63,067 nt of DNA from positions 1 through 63,067 of the IMG/VR virus record IMGVR_UViG_3300020045_004922, one strand, 5' to 3'. A program made the translations under genes and the position numbers. This DNA is from a virus. Taxonomy: Duplodnaviria; Caudoviricetes. Of the stretch, positions 38,944-51,035 are shown piece by piece. Positions within the stretch are counted from its first letter, which is position 1. Each line of letters begins with the position of its first letter. The notes under the pieces are model-generated. The model had not been told where the DNA came from. It saw nothing but the letters and a program-made list of their open reading frames with translations, and made no database searches.

Positions 38944-40580
38944 AAGACCTAAAATATTTCGAACAAGCGGCAAAAGAAGCAGCAGAAGAGTTTAAAGTAG
39001 AAGGCAAAACAAGTGGATATTTATATGTATCTACTGACTATACTGTAATTTATTCTAGAAAAATTGATTTGTGTCGTCCGCAGGTAGTAAGATTTTACTT
39101 TTCTCCGGAGACTGGCGTTATTTTTAATGGGAGGACTTTGGGATAGAATTTAAAATAGTCACTATCCTCAATATAAACTTAAAACATAATATACATGGAA
39201 TTTATTGAACATATTAAACTAGCATTTTTTGTTGAATTTGCGGCTATTTCTGTCACTGTGTGCGCCCATATTCTGTATCTATATACTGGACAAGAATTTA
39301 TCATGAGCACTTACCCAATTATGTTTATAGTAGTTCTTTTATGCTGCATGGCGGTTTCTTTTATATTTATGCCGTTGTTTGAGTGGTTTTTTGATTTATA
39401 ATAGTCTTCGATAACTAGAAACATTATATTAACGTTAATAAATATTAAATAATTGCACAAAAGTACGGTGATTTAAAATATTCTTCGTATTTTTGTGTAA
39501 AATAAAATAATATGACAGCAAAAGAATTAGCATTAGAGAAATTAGGTGCATCTGTAAAAGTACCATATCCGCTTGCAGGAGCAGAAGTCGGAAATATTTG
39601 CGGGTATCACGAAGGAATGAACCGAATAATTTTGGGATTGAATTCCAAGCAGGGTTGGAGACTAGAACAGGCATCGAAAGAGGATGTCATCTGGTATAAG
39701 ATTTATAAGAGTTTTATTTATGTGGAAATAAAGGATGTGTTATGAGAAGCGCAAGTTTAGAGGCTAGGGCTATTGTATTAAAGCTAATGACTCGTGTAAA
39801 TGGGCTTAAATTAGACGATGCAAAAACGTGTATGGTTACGTGTTTGGAAGATATAATTTCTATAACTGAACTTAGTCGAAAACAGTTGTCGTTTACAAGA
39901 GAAGTAATTTCTGAAATTGAAAAGTTATGAAAACCTACCTAGTCTCGTGGTACGTCATAAAAACAGATGGCTCACGAATAAACTCAAAAATTCCTTCTCG
40001 TGTAACATTTTGTAATAACGAACTACACGCGAAAATGAAACTGGAAGAGCATCTAAAGAAAACGATTACTAATTTTGGAAGTTTAATATGCACAGAATGC
40101 GTAGAATCAAACGCTGTATCCGATTTATTTCGGAAGTGGGGTTGGTAAAAGAGTATAAATATTTAGGAATGCACGGTGGAAATCATGTATTTGAAGGCAA
40201 GCGAGAGTACTACTTAATTGCAGTTACTCAGGAGAATTTTAATAAAGCTGTAGTTGGTAAGTCTTATGGGCTATCGGTTGGAGCTAGGAAAGGAAGTATT
40301 AAACAATTAAAAGAGATATAAAAATGTTAGAAATATTAAAGTTTGCGTTTAGTGGGTTCTGGTCGTTTGTCGGAACGCTATTTGTTTTGGCGACAATATT
40401 TAATGGCATATCGTTGATAATTAAATCTTCAATATCGCTAGCTAGGTATAAAAGGATTATATCTTTACTTAAAGAAAAGAATTTACAATTGGATTTAGAG
40501 TTATCAAAATACGATCATTAATATGTCAGAACAAATCTTAAAACACTTCCGATACGGAGGTAAATAAAATAAAATAATTT

Positions 40581-41135
40581 ATGGCAAAAGAATTTAACGT
40601 AGACTGCATGAAATATCGAAAGTCGACGCATTTAGCTAGTGTCGATGTCGAGATGATAATAGCTGAGAAAGGAGTATGTGAATTGACAATTAAGGTCGCA
40701 TATTACGAAGAAGGTGTAGATGTTAATGGAAAAAAACAAGATGGTTATTTCATAGAATTTAACGAGCCTGTAAAAAATATGATTGCCAACAGCGGCAACA
40801 GAGGGAAAATAGCCAAAATAGTAGCCTTAGCCAAGGGCATGACTGCTGTAGAAAGTAGGAATGTTGGCAATTGGGCTGGCATTAAACTTCGATTGGCAAT
40901 TGACCATGCCAGGAAATTGAAAGGAGCAACCGTAGATGGCATTGATGTCGTATCTGACTATAAACTAAATGAGAGAGTTGTTGCTACGAAAACCAAACTC
41001 GACATCGCAGACGGAAACTACGCTCAAATTAAAGATTGGCTTGCAGGAGAAGGCAAGACGCTTGCTATGGTTATTGCTAAGTATGAATTAACTGAGGCTG
41101 CTTTGGCGGATTTGAAAGGAGTAAAAGCTGTATGA
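40581..41135 (+). CDS. Putative recombination/ssDNA-annealing-associated protein
   Basis: 184 aa directly upstream of the exonuclease; function inferred from synteny only. Confidence 0.4.
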   Translation: MAKEFNVDCMKYRKSTHLASVDVEMIIAEKGVCELTIKVAYYEEGVDVNGKKQDGYFIEFNEPVKNMIANSGNRGKIAKIVALAKGMTAVESRNVGNWAGIKLRLAIDHARKLKGATVDGIDVVSDYKLNERVVATKTKLDIADGNYAQIKDWLAGEGKTLAMVIAKYELTEAALADLKGVKAV

Positions 41136-41271
41136 GAAAGTTAAAAAGATTTATAGCCGCGTGTTTTGCGATGAATGGATTTGTATCAATGGAAGATTCA
41201 TGCATGAGTTTTAGCGACATCGCAAGAGATTCATACCGTATGGCCGACGAACTCCTAAAACAAGAAAACTT

Positions 41272-41967
41272 ATGACAGATCGCGAAAAACAATGGCATCA
41301 AAAAAGGTGCGGAAAAATAACATCAAGCAGTCTTGCCAAACTTCTTACGAAAGGAACAAAAGGTAAATTGTGGGGTGACACCTCAATAAACTACCTCTAC
41401 GAAAAGCTTTATGAGCTAGAAAACAATAAGCCAATTCGCAATGAATCAAACGCTAATTTCCGATGGGGGCATGAACAAGAGCCGCTTGCAATAGAATGGT
41501 TACGCGCTAATACGATGTACGACATTAAGCATTGTTCAGAAGATTTTGATGAAATAAGATTTACTTCCGGCGGAGTTGAAGACTTTGGAGATAGCTTAGA
41601 CTTTTTAGCAGATGATGTAATATTGGGTGAAATAAAGTGTCTGGTATCTCAATCTAAGTTTGCAAAATATAAACGCTGTACTAAGGCAGATGTAGTTGAT
41701 GAATATGCAGAGCAGTTTTTTGGTCATTTTTTAGGGAACCCAGAGTCGGACAGATTGCTATATTTAGTTTATGACGGTCAATCGGACGAAGATGAATTAG
41801 ATACAGTTGATCCACTGGATCCGCGTCGTGGAATATTATTTGAATACTCGCGTGAAGAATTTGACGGTATTGCAGAAGTAGCTAAGGAAAGAATTAGAAC
41901 GGGAATGGCTGCCGTAAGAAGAAGCTTGGAGACTGGAGAAAAAATAGAAACTATACTAAATTCATAA
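41272..41967 (+). CDS. YqaJ/lambda-type exonuclease
   Basis: WHQKRCGKITSS...RWGHEQEPLA...SLDF...EIKC...EY..Q. Confidence 0.85.
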   Translation: MTDREKQWHQKRCGKITSSSLAKLLTKGTKGKLWGDTSINYLYEKLYELENNKPIRNESNANFRWGHEQEPLAIEWLRANTMYDIKHCSEDFDEIRFTSGGVEDFGDSLDFLADDVILGEIKCLVSQSKFAKYKRCTKADVVDEYAEQFFGHFLGNPESDRLLYLVYDGQSDEDELDTVDPLDPRRGILFEYSREEFDGIAEVAKERIRTGMAAVRRSLETGEKIETILNS

Positions 41968-42664
41968 ATAATGATAACAATAGAAACAAAAATAAGGAAA
42001 GACGAAATATTAGATCAGTTAGATATTAAGGATTTTGTAAATCATTTTGGATTGCAAAAAATTGTAGACGAAATTGATTCTAGCGAAATAATCGAGTGTA
42101 TTGGATTTAAAAAATGCCTAAGAATAGTGGATATAGACGACGCTATTGAATTTGTTGAAGAAAATGGATTTATTGTAACTGAAAAATAAATAAAATGGAA
42201 AAGACTTGTGATAATTGCGGAAGCAAGAGTAGGTGCAATATTATTCAATCGTGTAAGTCAGCAGGAAATACATATTGTAGATTTCACGTACAACTATGGG
42301 CTGAGGAAAATTTGACTACCGATGCAGACTTTGAGTCTATAGTCAAGCCATTAATAAAATACCTATGTGAAAATCACCATCCTCACACATCAATAGTAGT
42401 TACACAAACTTCTGCTGAGATAATGGAAGGTATAAAATCAATTGGATACATTGACGAATATATTAAAGACTAAAATAATGGCAAAATCAGGGATGTATGG
42501 CGAAATGCCAAAGCTAATTATTGGGAAGTACGAAATTTCATTAATGTCTGATAAGGACAACGAACTAAACGTTTGGATTCAAAGCGAAGAAGGCGAAGGT
42601 AGCGAATTTATAATATCAGAACTAGAAAAAGTAATTAAAGAATTTTTTGATAAAAACTTTTGAC

Positions 42665-44455
42665 ATGCAAAAACAAATAACGCTTATCGGCTTGCGGGTT
42701 GATAATTACAGAATTTTAAAATCAGTACTGCTAACTCCCGATGTACTCTCTCAGCGAGTAACAAGAGTGACCGGAGATATTGGACAAGGTAAATCAACCC
42801 TACTTGATGCATTAAAAATTGGTCTCAACGGAACCGACGCGATAGCCAAAAAAGATGGCTTAGAAAAAGGATTTGTAGCCGAGGTGCAATTAATGGATGG
42901 TGAGCATAAACTTTTCATGGGCGCTAAAGTTACCGAGTATCAACGCGGAGAAAATAAAGGTGAGCCAAAGTTTGAGACTTATCTTTACGAAAAAGACCCC
43001 GATGGAAAGCCATTTCAGCCAATTATAGATGGACGCGCTGCAACTGCTGCTGACTATTCTAAGATGCTGACAACTGAATTGGTGTTTAATATGCCAATGC
43101 TGTTTTCAAGTAACGCTACAGAACATAGGAAGCTTATTGAAAAACTGTTCGCTGATGAGTTATCGAAATTAGGAGTAGCTTCGGTGGTTGAAAAAATAAA
43201 TTCATCTAGAGCCGTGAGGGATAATCGCAGAAGTATTTGTGACGCTAACGGAAGCTTTCTTGACAGCTTTAAAGAAGAAGGATGGGGATTGGAAGATTTG
43301 CAAGCCTTATCTTCGGTTGATGTGAAAACTTTGTCTGAAAAAATAACTGCGCTTGAGGTTGAGAAAGGTGTTGCCAAAACAAGCGTTGAGGATAAAAACA
43401 AGTTAGCCGAAAGTAAGGCTCAGGAAGAAAGAACTGCTCAGTTGCAGAAAATTAAGGATGATGCAGCTAAGGTTGTTGGTAGGATTAGGGTGGTGACAGA
43501 GAAACTTAGTTCTGATTTCGACAAACTGGACAAGGAGTATAATGAAAAACTGGAATCAGCAATTAGATGTACTACTGAAAAGGAAGATGTGTTGGGTATT
43601 ATTACCAACTCAAAATTCGTTTTAGATGTCGATAAGCTATATCTTAGCGATAAAGTATCTGCAATATATAACGGGTTTGTTTCAGACGAAAAAAACTTGG
43701 TTCCAGAAATCGCGCCAGTCTTGCCTAATCTTATTCAAATTGATGAAATGGGAATTCCCGTAATTCCAGAGAATCCAGACAAAGCATATTTAGAATTAGT
43801 TACTGAGCGAACCGAACTTCTTAAAAAGTACCAAGAACTTCACGCGACTCCATTAACTTTCACGAAAATAGAACTTGGCGATACCACTGAAATTGACGAG
43901 AAAATCAAAAAAGCAACCTTAACTCGTGATGCAGGACTTACAACTAATCGTATCTATGAACGTTTCTGGCAGTGGAACAATTGGATGGAAGCTAAGGCGG
44001 AGTACGAAGGCTATGTGAATGAATTGCGCAGACTTTATGCCGGAATAAACACAGGAGTTGAAGGATTAGTAATCACGCCAATTGAATCAGGAAAGTCAGT
44101 TGAAATTTGGCTGCAATATAACGGTGCTTATAATTCAGAGTTTTTTGGGAATGCAAAGAAAGAATTGCGCTTCTTGTTTGATTATAGCGAAACTCAGCGC
44201 GCGATGATTGGTATCATGCTTCAAGCAGCAAGATTAGATTTAAAAGAAAAGTGTTTGAGATTATGCGTTTTAGACTCAGTTCCATTGACAAAACTTGGGG
44301 TTGAGGTTATGACCAAAATTTGCGAAGAAAAAAATGTTCAGTTAATTACTTCTTATACTGACGACCATTATGATTTGGAAAATTTGAGTGGCGGAGAAAT
44401 AGTTGTAGAAGGAGGTGAGGTGTTCTTTGGAGCGAAAGGAGGCTATAATGTTTAA
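42665..44455 (+). CDS. SMC/RecN-like coiled-coil ATPase
   Basis: N-terminal VDNYRILK, Walker A GDIGQGKST, long coiled coil, C-terminal YSETQR and LCVLD. Confidence 0.75.
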   Translation: MQKQITLIGLRVDNYRILKSVLLTPDVLSQRVTRVTGDIGQGKSTLLDALKIGLNGTDAIAKKDGLEKGFVAEVQLMDGEHKLFMGAKVTEYQRGENKGEPKFETYLYEKDPDGKPFQPIIDGRAATAADYSKMLTTELVFNMPMLFSSNATEHRKLIEKLFADELSKLGVASVVEKINSSRAVRDNRRSICDANGSFLDSFKEEGWGLEDLQALSSVDVKTLSEKITALEVEKGVAKTSVEDKNKLAESKAQEERTAQLQKIKDDAAKVVGRIRVVTEKLSSDFDKLDKEYNEKLESAIRCTTEKEDVLGIITNSKFVLDVDKLYLSDKVSAIYNGFVSDEKNLVPEIAPVLPNLIQIDEMGIPVIPENPDKAYLELVTERTELLKKYQELHATPLTFTKIELGDTTEIDEKIKKATLTRDAGLTTNRIYERFWQWNNWMEAKAEYEGYVNELRRLYAGINTGVEGLVITPIESGKSVEIWLQYNGAYNSEFFGNAKKELRFLFDYSETQRAMIGIMLQAARLDLKEKCLRLCVLDSVPLTKLGVEVMTKICEEKNVQLITSYTDDHYDLENLSGGEIVVEGGEVFFGAKGGYNV

Positions 44456-44912
44456 AGAAATTACAGAAAACGAAAAGTTACTGCTAGAAAAAGCAAAAGT
44501 TATTCTCTCAATGAACTCTGATATTGGCGCTGCATTAACTGGAAGCCTAATGTTGGCGTTTCGCGGAATTGAAAGAAGACGCGAGGCTGTTGATATTGAT
44601 ATTGTTTGCGAATTTCTATGCGAAAATGAAGAAGGCTTCCCATCTATGCCAACTGAATATAAATTATCAGAAATGGAAGGCGGAAAGTCTGAAGTTGAGG
44701 CAATTCAATTCATAAGCAAAATGGACTATACTAAGATTGATTTTCTTTATTCAGACGAAGAGATTGAATGTGTAGATGGAATAATGCTTGGTTCTGTAAA
44801 AGAACTTATTGAAGCAAAAGAAAGATACGCAGAAAATGATAAGTGCGATGAAAGTAGAGGGAAACATAAATTAGATTTAGTTGTTTTGTGGAATGCAAGA
44901 AATAACTCTTAG
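44448..44912 (+). CDS. Nucleotidyltransferase-fold protein
   Basis: ALTGSLML......R...DIDI...KIDF...ELIEAK...KHKLDL. Confidence 0.6.
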   Translation: MFKEITENEKLLLEKAKVILSMNSDIGAALTGSLMLAFRGIERRREAVDIDIVCEFLCENEEGFPSMPTEYKLSEMEGGKSEVEAIQFISKMDYTKIDFLYSDEEIECVDGIMLGSVKELIEAKERYAENDKCDESRGKHKLDLVVLWNARNNS

Positions 44913-46455
44913 ACCAAACCAGCATCTTTTAATTTCTGACATTTCAGAGGCAATGCGAATGTTCAAGCACGTATTGTGTCAAGCTCAGGGAGGATTTGGG
45001 AAGACGTATTGCTTTAGTTACTTAGCGGTTAAGACTGCTCAAAAAGGGAATAATATATTGATTTTATCAAATCGTTCTGAACTGCTACTGCAATCGGGTG
45101 GAAGCCTTTGTAACATGGGCGCAGAAGTGGAATATATCTCTCCTAAGCACCGAAAAGTTCCAACTGGTAGAATCGTAGTGGCAATGGCTCAAACGCTGCG
45201 CATGCGCTACGAAAAGCCCGAATGGATAGAATATTTGAAATCTGTTGACTTGCTTATAATTGATGAAGCTCACTATTCTGAATTTAATTTCATTTTAGAG
45301 TGTGGTATTTTTGACAAGAAGTGGGTTTTAGGATTCACTGCTACCCCAAAACGCTCTGGTAAAATGAAGCAGCTAGGGTTAGACTATGAATGTATTGTGC
45401 TTGGAACTAAAACAGGCGAGTTAATAAAGCTTGGTAATTTAGTCCCAGCAAGATATTTTACTCTTGATGCGCCGGACTTAAGCAAGGTTGAAATAGACCC
45501 GAAAGATGGAGATTATTCGAGCCGTGGACTACAAAAGGTTTATGATACCCCTGAGAGATATAATGGGTTAGTGTCAGAGTACAAAAGACTTACTCCAAAC
45601 ACAAGCGCTGTTTGCTTTTGCTCTAATCAGCTACACGCTATAAGAACTTGCATAGAACTTAACGAAGCCGGAATTAGTGCCAAGTACTTGATAAGCGGAA
45701 TTGCTAAAGGCAAAGATGGATATGAGCTATATACGGATACTAAGCATCTAACTGGAAATCGAGAGGATATAGTTTCTGAATTTAAAAACGGAGAATATCT
45801 AATTTTAGTTAACTCTGGAATTTTAGTCGCTGGATTTGATGCTCCAAACATAGTAAATGTTATTTGGAATACCGCAACTATGTCATGGTCGAGATTTATC
45901 CAAGGTACTGTTAGGGGTAGCCGTCCGTTTAAAGATAAGAAGTTTTTCTACGTCTTAGATTTCGGTGGTAACGTTTCTCGGCATGGAACTTACGAAGAAG
46001 AGCGAAAGTTTAGTCTTTGGCACACTCCACAGGAAGGAAATGGCGTAGCGCCGACAAAAGTATGTCCTGTCGATAAAACAGATAAGAATGGCAAGACAGG
46101 GTGTGGTAGGTTAATCTTGGCGACTTATGGCAATTGTCCGTTTTGTGACTACTTGTTTACCACCGAGAAAGAAATTAGGGAAATAGAGCTTACCGAAATT
46201 ATCGGAGGTAAATTTAAATTCCGAGACATGACCCCACAAGAAATGCTTGCCTACGCGGAACTTAATGGAAAGTCAAAACCGTGGGCTTTCAATCAAATTT
46301 GGATGGGAGCTAAAAATGAATCTGAATTTAAAAAAGCAATGAACTCAGTCGGCTATGATTGGCCTTACATTTACAGATTGGTAAAGCAGTTTAAAGGAAG
46401 AAAAACTTATGCCCAGATTGATGCTGAAAAAGAAAGAAAAGCCAACAATCCATAA
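44893..46455 (+). CDS. SF2 DEAH helicase with Zn ribbon (RadD/ResIII-like)
   Basis: LRPNQ, GGFGKT, IIDEAH, GFTATP, GFDAPNI, VRGSRP, CP...GC and CPFC. Confidence 0.88.
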   Translation: MQEITLRPNQHLLISDISEAMRMFKHVLCQAQGGFGKTYCFSYLAVKTAQKGNNILILSNRSELLLQSGGSLCNMGAEVEYISPKHRKVPTGRIVVAMAQTLRMRYEKPEWIEYLKSVDLLIIDEAHYSEFNFILECGIFDKKWVLGFTATPKRSGKMKQLGLDYECIVLGTKTGELIKLGNLVPARYFTLDAPDLSKVEIDPKDGDYSSRGLQKVYDTPERYNGLVSEYKRLTPNTSAVCFCSNQLHAIRTCIELNEAGISAKYLISGIAKGKDGYELYTDTKHLTGNREDIVSEFKNGEYLILVNSGILVAGFDAPNIVNVIWNTATMSWSRFIQGTVRGSRPFKDKKFFYVLDFGGNVSRHGTYEEERKFSLWHTPQEGNGVAPTKVCPVDKTDKNGKTGCGRLILATYGNCPFCDYLFTTEKEIREIELTEIIGGKFKFRDMTPQEMLAYAELNGKSKPWAFNQIWMGAKNESEFKKAMNSVGYDWPYIYRLVKQFKGRKTYAQIDAEKERKANNP

Positions 46456-47323
46456 AAAATGTATAAATGCTTGGTAGTTGTTGCAATATAGTGTAAATTT
46501 GTAGAAAAATAAAAACTAACGATATGAAACTATCAATTAAAGACAGTGGAGATAACACAACTATACTAGATATTAATGGCAGCCACGTAGAACTGGTAAA
46601 TATAATAGTGTCGCATATGTTTGATAATCCTAAATTTGCTTCAATAATATTAGACTCTAATGACTTTTATTATAAATCACGGCAAATAACAAATAAAAAA
46701 GATATATTATAGGATTGAGCGTCCTTCATAAAAACTCGATTAAATATGAATATTCCTTACAAAAAGACCTTCGACAAGAATGGTAAGTTAGAAAATCCTA
46801 TTGATGGATTTTATTCTCCTGCGTTTCCAAATCGTAAAGCACGACGTCAAAAGACGCCTAGATTTCGCGGAAATAATAAAGGCGTGTCACTAACAGTTGT
46901 AAAGACTCAAAAGTATAAAAGAGTTATGCAGCTGATACAAACTATAGAACTCGACAAAAAGAAGCGCCCAGTTAATCAAACTGTAGAAAACAAACACATT
47001 CATCGGAAAGTTATTAATCATTATGTAGGGTAGGGTATGAGTCCAGAAGAAATTTTACAAGTAGAGTCAAGCCAAAGACAACATTTTGACTGTATGGCAC
47101 ATCAAGAGAGAATGAATTTAATAGTAGAACAAGAAGAATATAATTTGTTCTCTATGTTAAAGCCAAAGTTATACAAGGATAATAATACTTGGTGTTGCTT
47201 ATTGGGTGATGACATAATATCTGGGATAGCGGAATTTGGAGATACTCCTTATTTAGCTATATTAGAGTGGCAAAGAGCGTTTCATAAAAATTAATATAAA
47301 TAACAACTAAAAACAAAAACAAT

Positions 47324-47758
47324 ATGCAAAATTGGTTCGAAGTAAAGGTAAAATACGAAAAAACAGCCGAAGAAGGTAAAATAGTTAAAGTAAATGAATT
47401 ATATTTGTTTGACAGTATTTCTTTCACAGAAGCAGAGACTCGCGTTAACGAGGAATTGAAGCCGTTTATTAGCGGAGAATTTATTACTGCAACAATCCGT
47501 CGTGCAAGAATTAACGAACTTTTTGAAAGTGCAGGTAGTAAATGGTACAAAGCTAAAGTTTACTTTATTTCGCTCGACGAAGAAAAAGGAATTGAAAAGA
47601 AAACTGCATGCACCATGTTAGTTCAAGCTGACTCGGTTAAAGATGCTTGGGATGTGTTAGAAAATGGAATGTCTAAAAGTATGGCGGACTATGAAGTAGC
47701 AGGGATTAATGAGACCGCTATTTTGGATGTGTATAAATATAAGACAGAAGAAGAGTAG
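47324..47758 (+). CDS. DUF4494-like protein
   Basis: WFEVKVKYEK..EEG...KV.E.YL.D..SFTEAE...WYKAKV.FI.LDE..G.EKK. Confidence 0.8.
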   Translation: MQNWFEVKVKYEKTAEEGKIVKVNELYLFDSISFTEAETRVNEELKPFISGEFITATIRRARINELFESAGSKWYKAKVYFISLDEEKGIEKKTACTMLVQADSVKDAWDVLENGMSKSMADYEVAGINETAILDVYKYKTEEE

Positions 47759-47764
47759 GAATTT

Positions 47765-47798
47765 ACTCCGCTATTGCAAAATGTGATAGCGGAGTTTA
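47765..47798 (+). terminator. Hairpin terminator
   Basis: ACTCCGCTAT-N-ATAGCGGAGT-TT. Confidence 0.6.
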
Positions 47799-48283
47799 AA
47801 AATTAATAAACTATGAGCCAAAAAGAATGGACACTACAAACATCAGATAAGCAAGAACTTTTAGAAAACATACTTAGCTTGTACGAAGTTCAAAGAAGTA
47901 TGATACCTAATTTTCACAAGATAGAAATGCCTGATTTTGGTGTATGTACTTTTGAAGAAATTAAGTCTTATATGGCTAGCAATGGATTTGCTGATTGTGA
48001 GTTCGTAAAGTTAGATAGAGGTAAAATGCTTGATATTAGAACAATTGAAATCCCTGATTTTGTATGAAAAACCCACCAGTAATAAGAGAAAGACAGCCAA
48101 TAGGCATGCAATACATATCTGTAAACAAAAATTTTGAAATTCTCGTATACACTGAAGAGAATTCTGTTTTAGATAACGAAAGGTGGGTAAATAAGAACTA
48201 CTTTAGTAGGCATTCTGGGTATGTGGCTATGAATGAATATATAGAAAAATTAAAAACTGATGTGAAATTTAAAAATAATAATT

Positions 48284-48889
48284 GTGAATAAAACAAAAAC
48301 TGGAATTACGCTATCGAATAAAGAGATCGGGTACTTAAATATAATACTAAGCAAATACCGCCCTGATTATCTAGAAAGCAAATTAAAGGAAGACGATTAT
48401 ATTGAGTGTAAAAATATTTACAACTCAATAGTTTCATATGGCCTTCCAATTTCTAAATCAATTGAGATGAAAAGGTCAATTAAATTAAGAAAAGATCCAT
48501 TTTCTGATTCTGAATTGGATGATTTAATATCTGAATTCCTTAGACAAAAAACCAATGGAGTTATAGTTAATTCAAATACATATAAAGCTGAATTTGGCAA
48601 GTTTTTCGTCCTAACATATTCTCATAAGGACGGAGATGGTCTTTTTAGCAGATACAAACAAGAAGAATTTAGAAGTGTAGAACTATCTGATTTACAAAGA
48701 AAAATTTCATCCCTATCCTCTAGTGATAGAATTGATGGAATATATTTTGAATCAGAGGAATATAGTAGAGCCCTTGTTTTGGAAATGAAATTCAATCATG
48801 GAAACTATATGTATTTTACCAGAGATTATGTTCCAGAAATTTTCCCATATAAATTTATTGTCAAATCGTGCGTAGAATATGAGTCCTAA
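48284..48889 (+). CDS. Hypothetical protein
   Basis: 201 aa, GTG start. Confidence 0.55.
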   Translation: MNKTKTGITLSNKEIGYLNIILSKYRPDYLESKLKEDDYIECKNIYNSIVSYGLPISKSIEMKRSIKLRKDPFSDSELDDLISEFLRQKTNGVIVNSNTYKAEFGKFFVLTYSHKDGDGLFSRYKQEEFRSVELSDLQRKISSLSSSDRIDGIYFESEEYSRALVLEMKFNHGNYMYFTRDYVPEIFPYKFIVKSCVEYES

Positions 48890-49367
48890 CCCAAACATTC
48901 AAATAGAACCAACCACACAAAAGACTCGTGCAAAATCGCAAAATATTGAAGGTAAAATTCAAGCAAGTATAGTAAAATGGTTTGGAGAAACTTATCCTGA
49001 AAGACGTGGCGCGCTTATCGCTTACTTTGCTAATCCAGAGTCGAAAGTACAGGGCGGGGTAATGTTAAGCATGGGGCTAATGAAAGATGTTAGCGATTTG
49101 TTGTATTCAGATGAGTATTGTAATTTATGTGGAATAGAAGTAAAATCTGAGGGCACATATCATAACGTTGAGCATCTTCGAGGACAAGCAAATTGGATTT
49201 TAAACCAATGTAGAGATGGGTGTTTTGTCGACTCTCTTCAGCAGGCGAAAGACTTTATTATATGTGGCATGCGCGGAACTAGCCCTAATGTAGTCTTAGA
49301 AAACTTAAAAAACATTAAAACTAAGACTGTTTTATGGGATGTTGCGAAAAAACCATTATCTTCGTAG
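48879..49367 (+). CDS. VRR-NUC-like nuclease/resolvase
   Basis: EGKIQASIVKWF...MGL..DVSDL...GIEVK...Q..W. Confidence 0.75.
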   Translation: MSPNPNIQIEPTTQKTRAKSQNIEGKIQASIVKWFGETYPERRGALIAYFANPESKVQGGVMLSMGLMKDVSDLLYSDEYCNLCGIEVKSEGTYHNVEHLRGQANWILNQCRDGCFVDSLQQAKDFIICGMRGTSPNVVLENLKNIKTKTVLWDVAKKPLSS

Positions 49368-49806
49368 TGTAAAATTTAAAAAAGACTACAACCATGGAAA
49401 TAAAATCAACCTCCAAGCCCATATCATCTTGCATTGACTACAAGAAAAAATTAGTAGTGTTACTTAATTATCAAAAGCAAATTGACACGAATTTATCTGA
49501 CATATACATAAATGAGTTCAAAGACGTTGTCATATTCGACGATGTTAAACAATTCTTAATTGAGAATGGATTTTCAAGATGCAAGTTTCATAAAATAAAT
49601 AATTAGACAACATGAAAAAGACAGTAAATCAATTGCATTCAGAAATGGGATCTATTCTAGAGATGGCATCCAATAATTTGTTAATAAAAGATATACCATC
49701 ACTAGATGAATTCGGTATTTTAAAGACTCCAAATGTCGTTTATTATCCACCTTCTGAGTGCAAAAAGTGTGAGTTATATTTGCAAAACAACCTATACTAA
49801 CTCCCA

Positions 49807-50910
49807 ATGCCAAAATTCAAACTTTCATTCGCCTCTCAGCGCGACAAACTTATACTTAAGTTTTTCAAGGACGGGAAACAGTATCGCGCTAAGTCGACTG
49901 GTATCCCATTTAAGTCAATTGATGATGCTGAAAATTCACCCAGTCTTGCCCTAATTCTTTCAAATTACGAAAGCGCATTTACAAAGGCTATTTACGAATA
50001 TGAGATAACCGGAGTTGAGCCAGACTTAGCTGTAGCTCCATTAGAAGTGGAATCTAAACCCGTAATTTCTCCAAAAGAATTTTTTACTAAAGAAAAATGC
50101 AGAATATTTTCTGAGTATTTAGATGCAGAAACTACTTGGGCTGATATTACGGACGGATATATTGAAAACTTTGTCGAAGAAATAAATTCAGACGACTACG
50201 CTGACAATACTATTAAGGCCTACCTAAGAGACGTTCGCGCCACTTTAGATAAATCGGCAAGACATGGTTATAAAATAGCGTCACAAGGCTACAAAAAGCT
50301 GCTGAGCCATAAAGAAGGGACTACTACTTCTATTTTTCTTGACATGAAAGATATTGGGGTGTTGGAAACTCTTAATTGCGAAGATATGCTGGAGGAGGCA
50401 GTTCGAATTACCTTTCTAAAAGCGTGCTACTCTGGTTGCCGTTACTCCGATATTGAGAAGTTGAAGACTGCGGCTATAGTCGATGCAGAATATCATACGA
50501 TAGAAGGCGGTATAGAAAATGTGAGCTCTATAAGTTATGTATCGCAAAAGACTCAAATGGCTACAAGTGTACCACTACATAGTAAACTGAGAGCGCTAAT
50601 AGGAATGGAAATCAAAACACCCAGTGTCGGACAAATGAACCGAATTTTGCCTATCATTTGTCGCAAGGCAGGAATTACTTCTCCGGCAGAAGTTTTCAAA
50701 TGTGGAAAGCAGTTTTACGGTGAAAAATGGGAATTTGTAAGGTCGCATACCGCTCGTAAATCTTTCGCAACAAACCTTTATATTATGGGATGCTCTATTC
50801 GGGACATCGCAAACTATGTAGGTCATAAAAATGAAGCTACTACACTTAAGACTTATATCCGGTGTGGGGCAATATATAATAAATCATTTATTAACGGATT
50901 TTTTGGATAA
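49807..50910 (+). CDS. int: Tyrosine recombinase/integrase (Bacteroidota type)
   Basis: N-terminal arm KSTGI, SAM-like NTIKAYL, catalytic GCRYSD, SQKT, HTARKSFATN, GHK, TYIR. Confidence 0.9.
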   Translation: MPKFKLSFASQRDKLILKFFKDGKQYRAKSTGIPFKSIDDAENSPSLALILSNYESAFTKAIYEYEITGVEPDLAVAPLEVESKPVISPKEFFTKEKCRIFSEYLDAETTWADITDGYIENFVEEINSDDYADNTIKAYLRDVRATLDKSARHGYKIASQGYKKLLSHKEGTTTSIFLDMKDIGVLETLNCEDMLEEAVRITFLKACYSGCRYSDIEKLKTAAIVDAEYHTIEGGIENVSSISYVSQKTQMATSVPLHSKLRALIGMEIKTPSVGQMNRILPIICRKAGITSPAEVFKCGKQFYGEKWEFVRSHTARKSFATNLYIMGCSIRDIANYVGHKNEATTLKTYIRCGAIYNKSFINGFFG

Positions 50911-50997
50911 CGACCGAGTGTATGGGCGCACGGCTGTGCCAGGCTGTCGAAATGCGATAACGGTTATAGCCGTGTAGCCTATATTTATGTGTTATGT
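50904..50997 (-). other. attC-like recombination site
   Basis: TAAC...GTTA-bounded imperfect palindrome (TATGGGC/GCCTATA, GCACGGCTGT/ATAGCCGTGT with one extrahelical base). Confidence 0.55.
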
Positions 50998-51035
50998 ACA
51001 GTGCTTTCTTTCTTAATTCTTAAAATATAAACATT

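Larger units (their letters stand above)
29465..40521 (+). other. Dense cluster of roughly 40 small hypothetical early/middle ORFs
   Basis: Consecutive + strand ORFs of 50-145 aa (e.g. 29710..29928, 29966, 30165, 30400, 30786, 31001, 33273, 34368, 35416, 36182, 37031, 37385, 39512, 39927) with A-rich starts and ATGA couplings. Confidence 0.75.

Noticed and set aside
49807-50910. Calling the recombinase an integron integrase (IntI)
   Set aside because: It has arm-binding and SAM-like N-terminal regions and Bacteroidota phage-type motifs; no IntI-specific insertion is recognisable by eye.
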